Source: Vicugna vicugna
Lineage: Eukaryota
Reading direction: 5' to 3'
DNA: 47,635 nucleotides
NCBI GenBank assembly: GCA_013265495.1
Contig: MU058337.1
Location: forward strand, 932,001-979,635
Position numbers and translations under genes: made by a program. Below are positions 47,437-47,635 of this stretch, one piece after another; the stretch's first letter is position 1; each line of letters begins with the position of its first letter. A model generated the notes under the pieces. It saw nothing but the letters and a program-made list of their open reading frames with translations, did not search any database and was not told where the DNA came from.

Positions 47437-47635
47437 TTTTTTTTTTTTATTATTGATTCATAATCATTTTACAGTGTTGTGTCAAATTCCAGTGTTCAGC
47501 ACAATTTTTCAGTCATTCATGGACATATACACACTCATTGTCACATTTTTTTCTCTGTGATTTATCATAACATTTTGTGTATATTTCCCTGTGCTATACA
47601 GTGTAATCTTGTTTATCTATTCTACAATTTTGAAA
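47437..47635 (-). mobile_element. Young lineage-specific L1 3' end, cut by the window edge
   Basis: A poly(T) run is followed by tgattcataatcattttacagtgttgtgtcaaattccagtg...atttccctgtgctatacagt, an antisense L1 3' UTR with a largely intact tail. Confidence 0.85.

Noticed and set aside
1000..47463. The many 60-130 aa ORFs in the track as genes
   Set aside because: They are short, often use non-ATG starts, overlap repeats or low-complexity DNA, and show no recognisable domains. Their number is compatible with chance.
1..47635. Prokaryote-style systems (CRISPR array, operon, defence island, phage)
   Set aside because: No regularly spaced repeats and no gene-dense long ORFs; the sequence is mammalian repeat-rich DNA.

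Overview
This is eukaryotic, mammalian DNA and not a microbial locus. It is AT-rich, mostly non-coding, and filled with placental-mammal interspersed repeats: MIR, L2, old L1M/HAL1, MaLR and ERV1 solo LTRs, and MER82/MER5/MER53/Tigger2 DNA-transposon relics. A tRNA-derived SINE resembling camelid vic-1 and artiodactyl-type L1 3' ends point to a camelid genome (inference from recalled consensus sequences). I cannot identify any protein-coding gene. Almost all ORFs in the track look like chance ORFs, and the only recognisable peptide is a decayed L1 ORF1p fragment (40142-40324). The most notable non-repeat features are a small CpG island at ~22.2-22.55 kb with splice donors pointing both ways and a 205-211 aa ORF across it, a promoter-like minus-strand first-exon candidate at ~44.56-44.79 kb, several exon-like segments, and repeated AT-to-GC substitution bias in old repeats suggestive of GC-biased gene conversion. 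I see no CRISPR array, RNA gene or clearly novel biological system. Repeat names come from pattern recognition, not a RepeatMasker run, and boundaries are approximate unless termini or TSDs are quoted.
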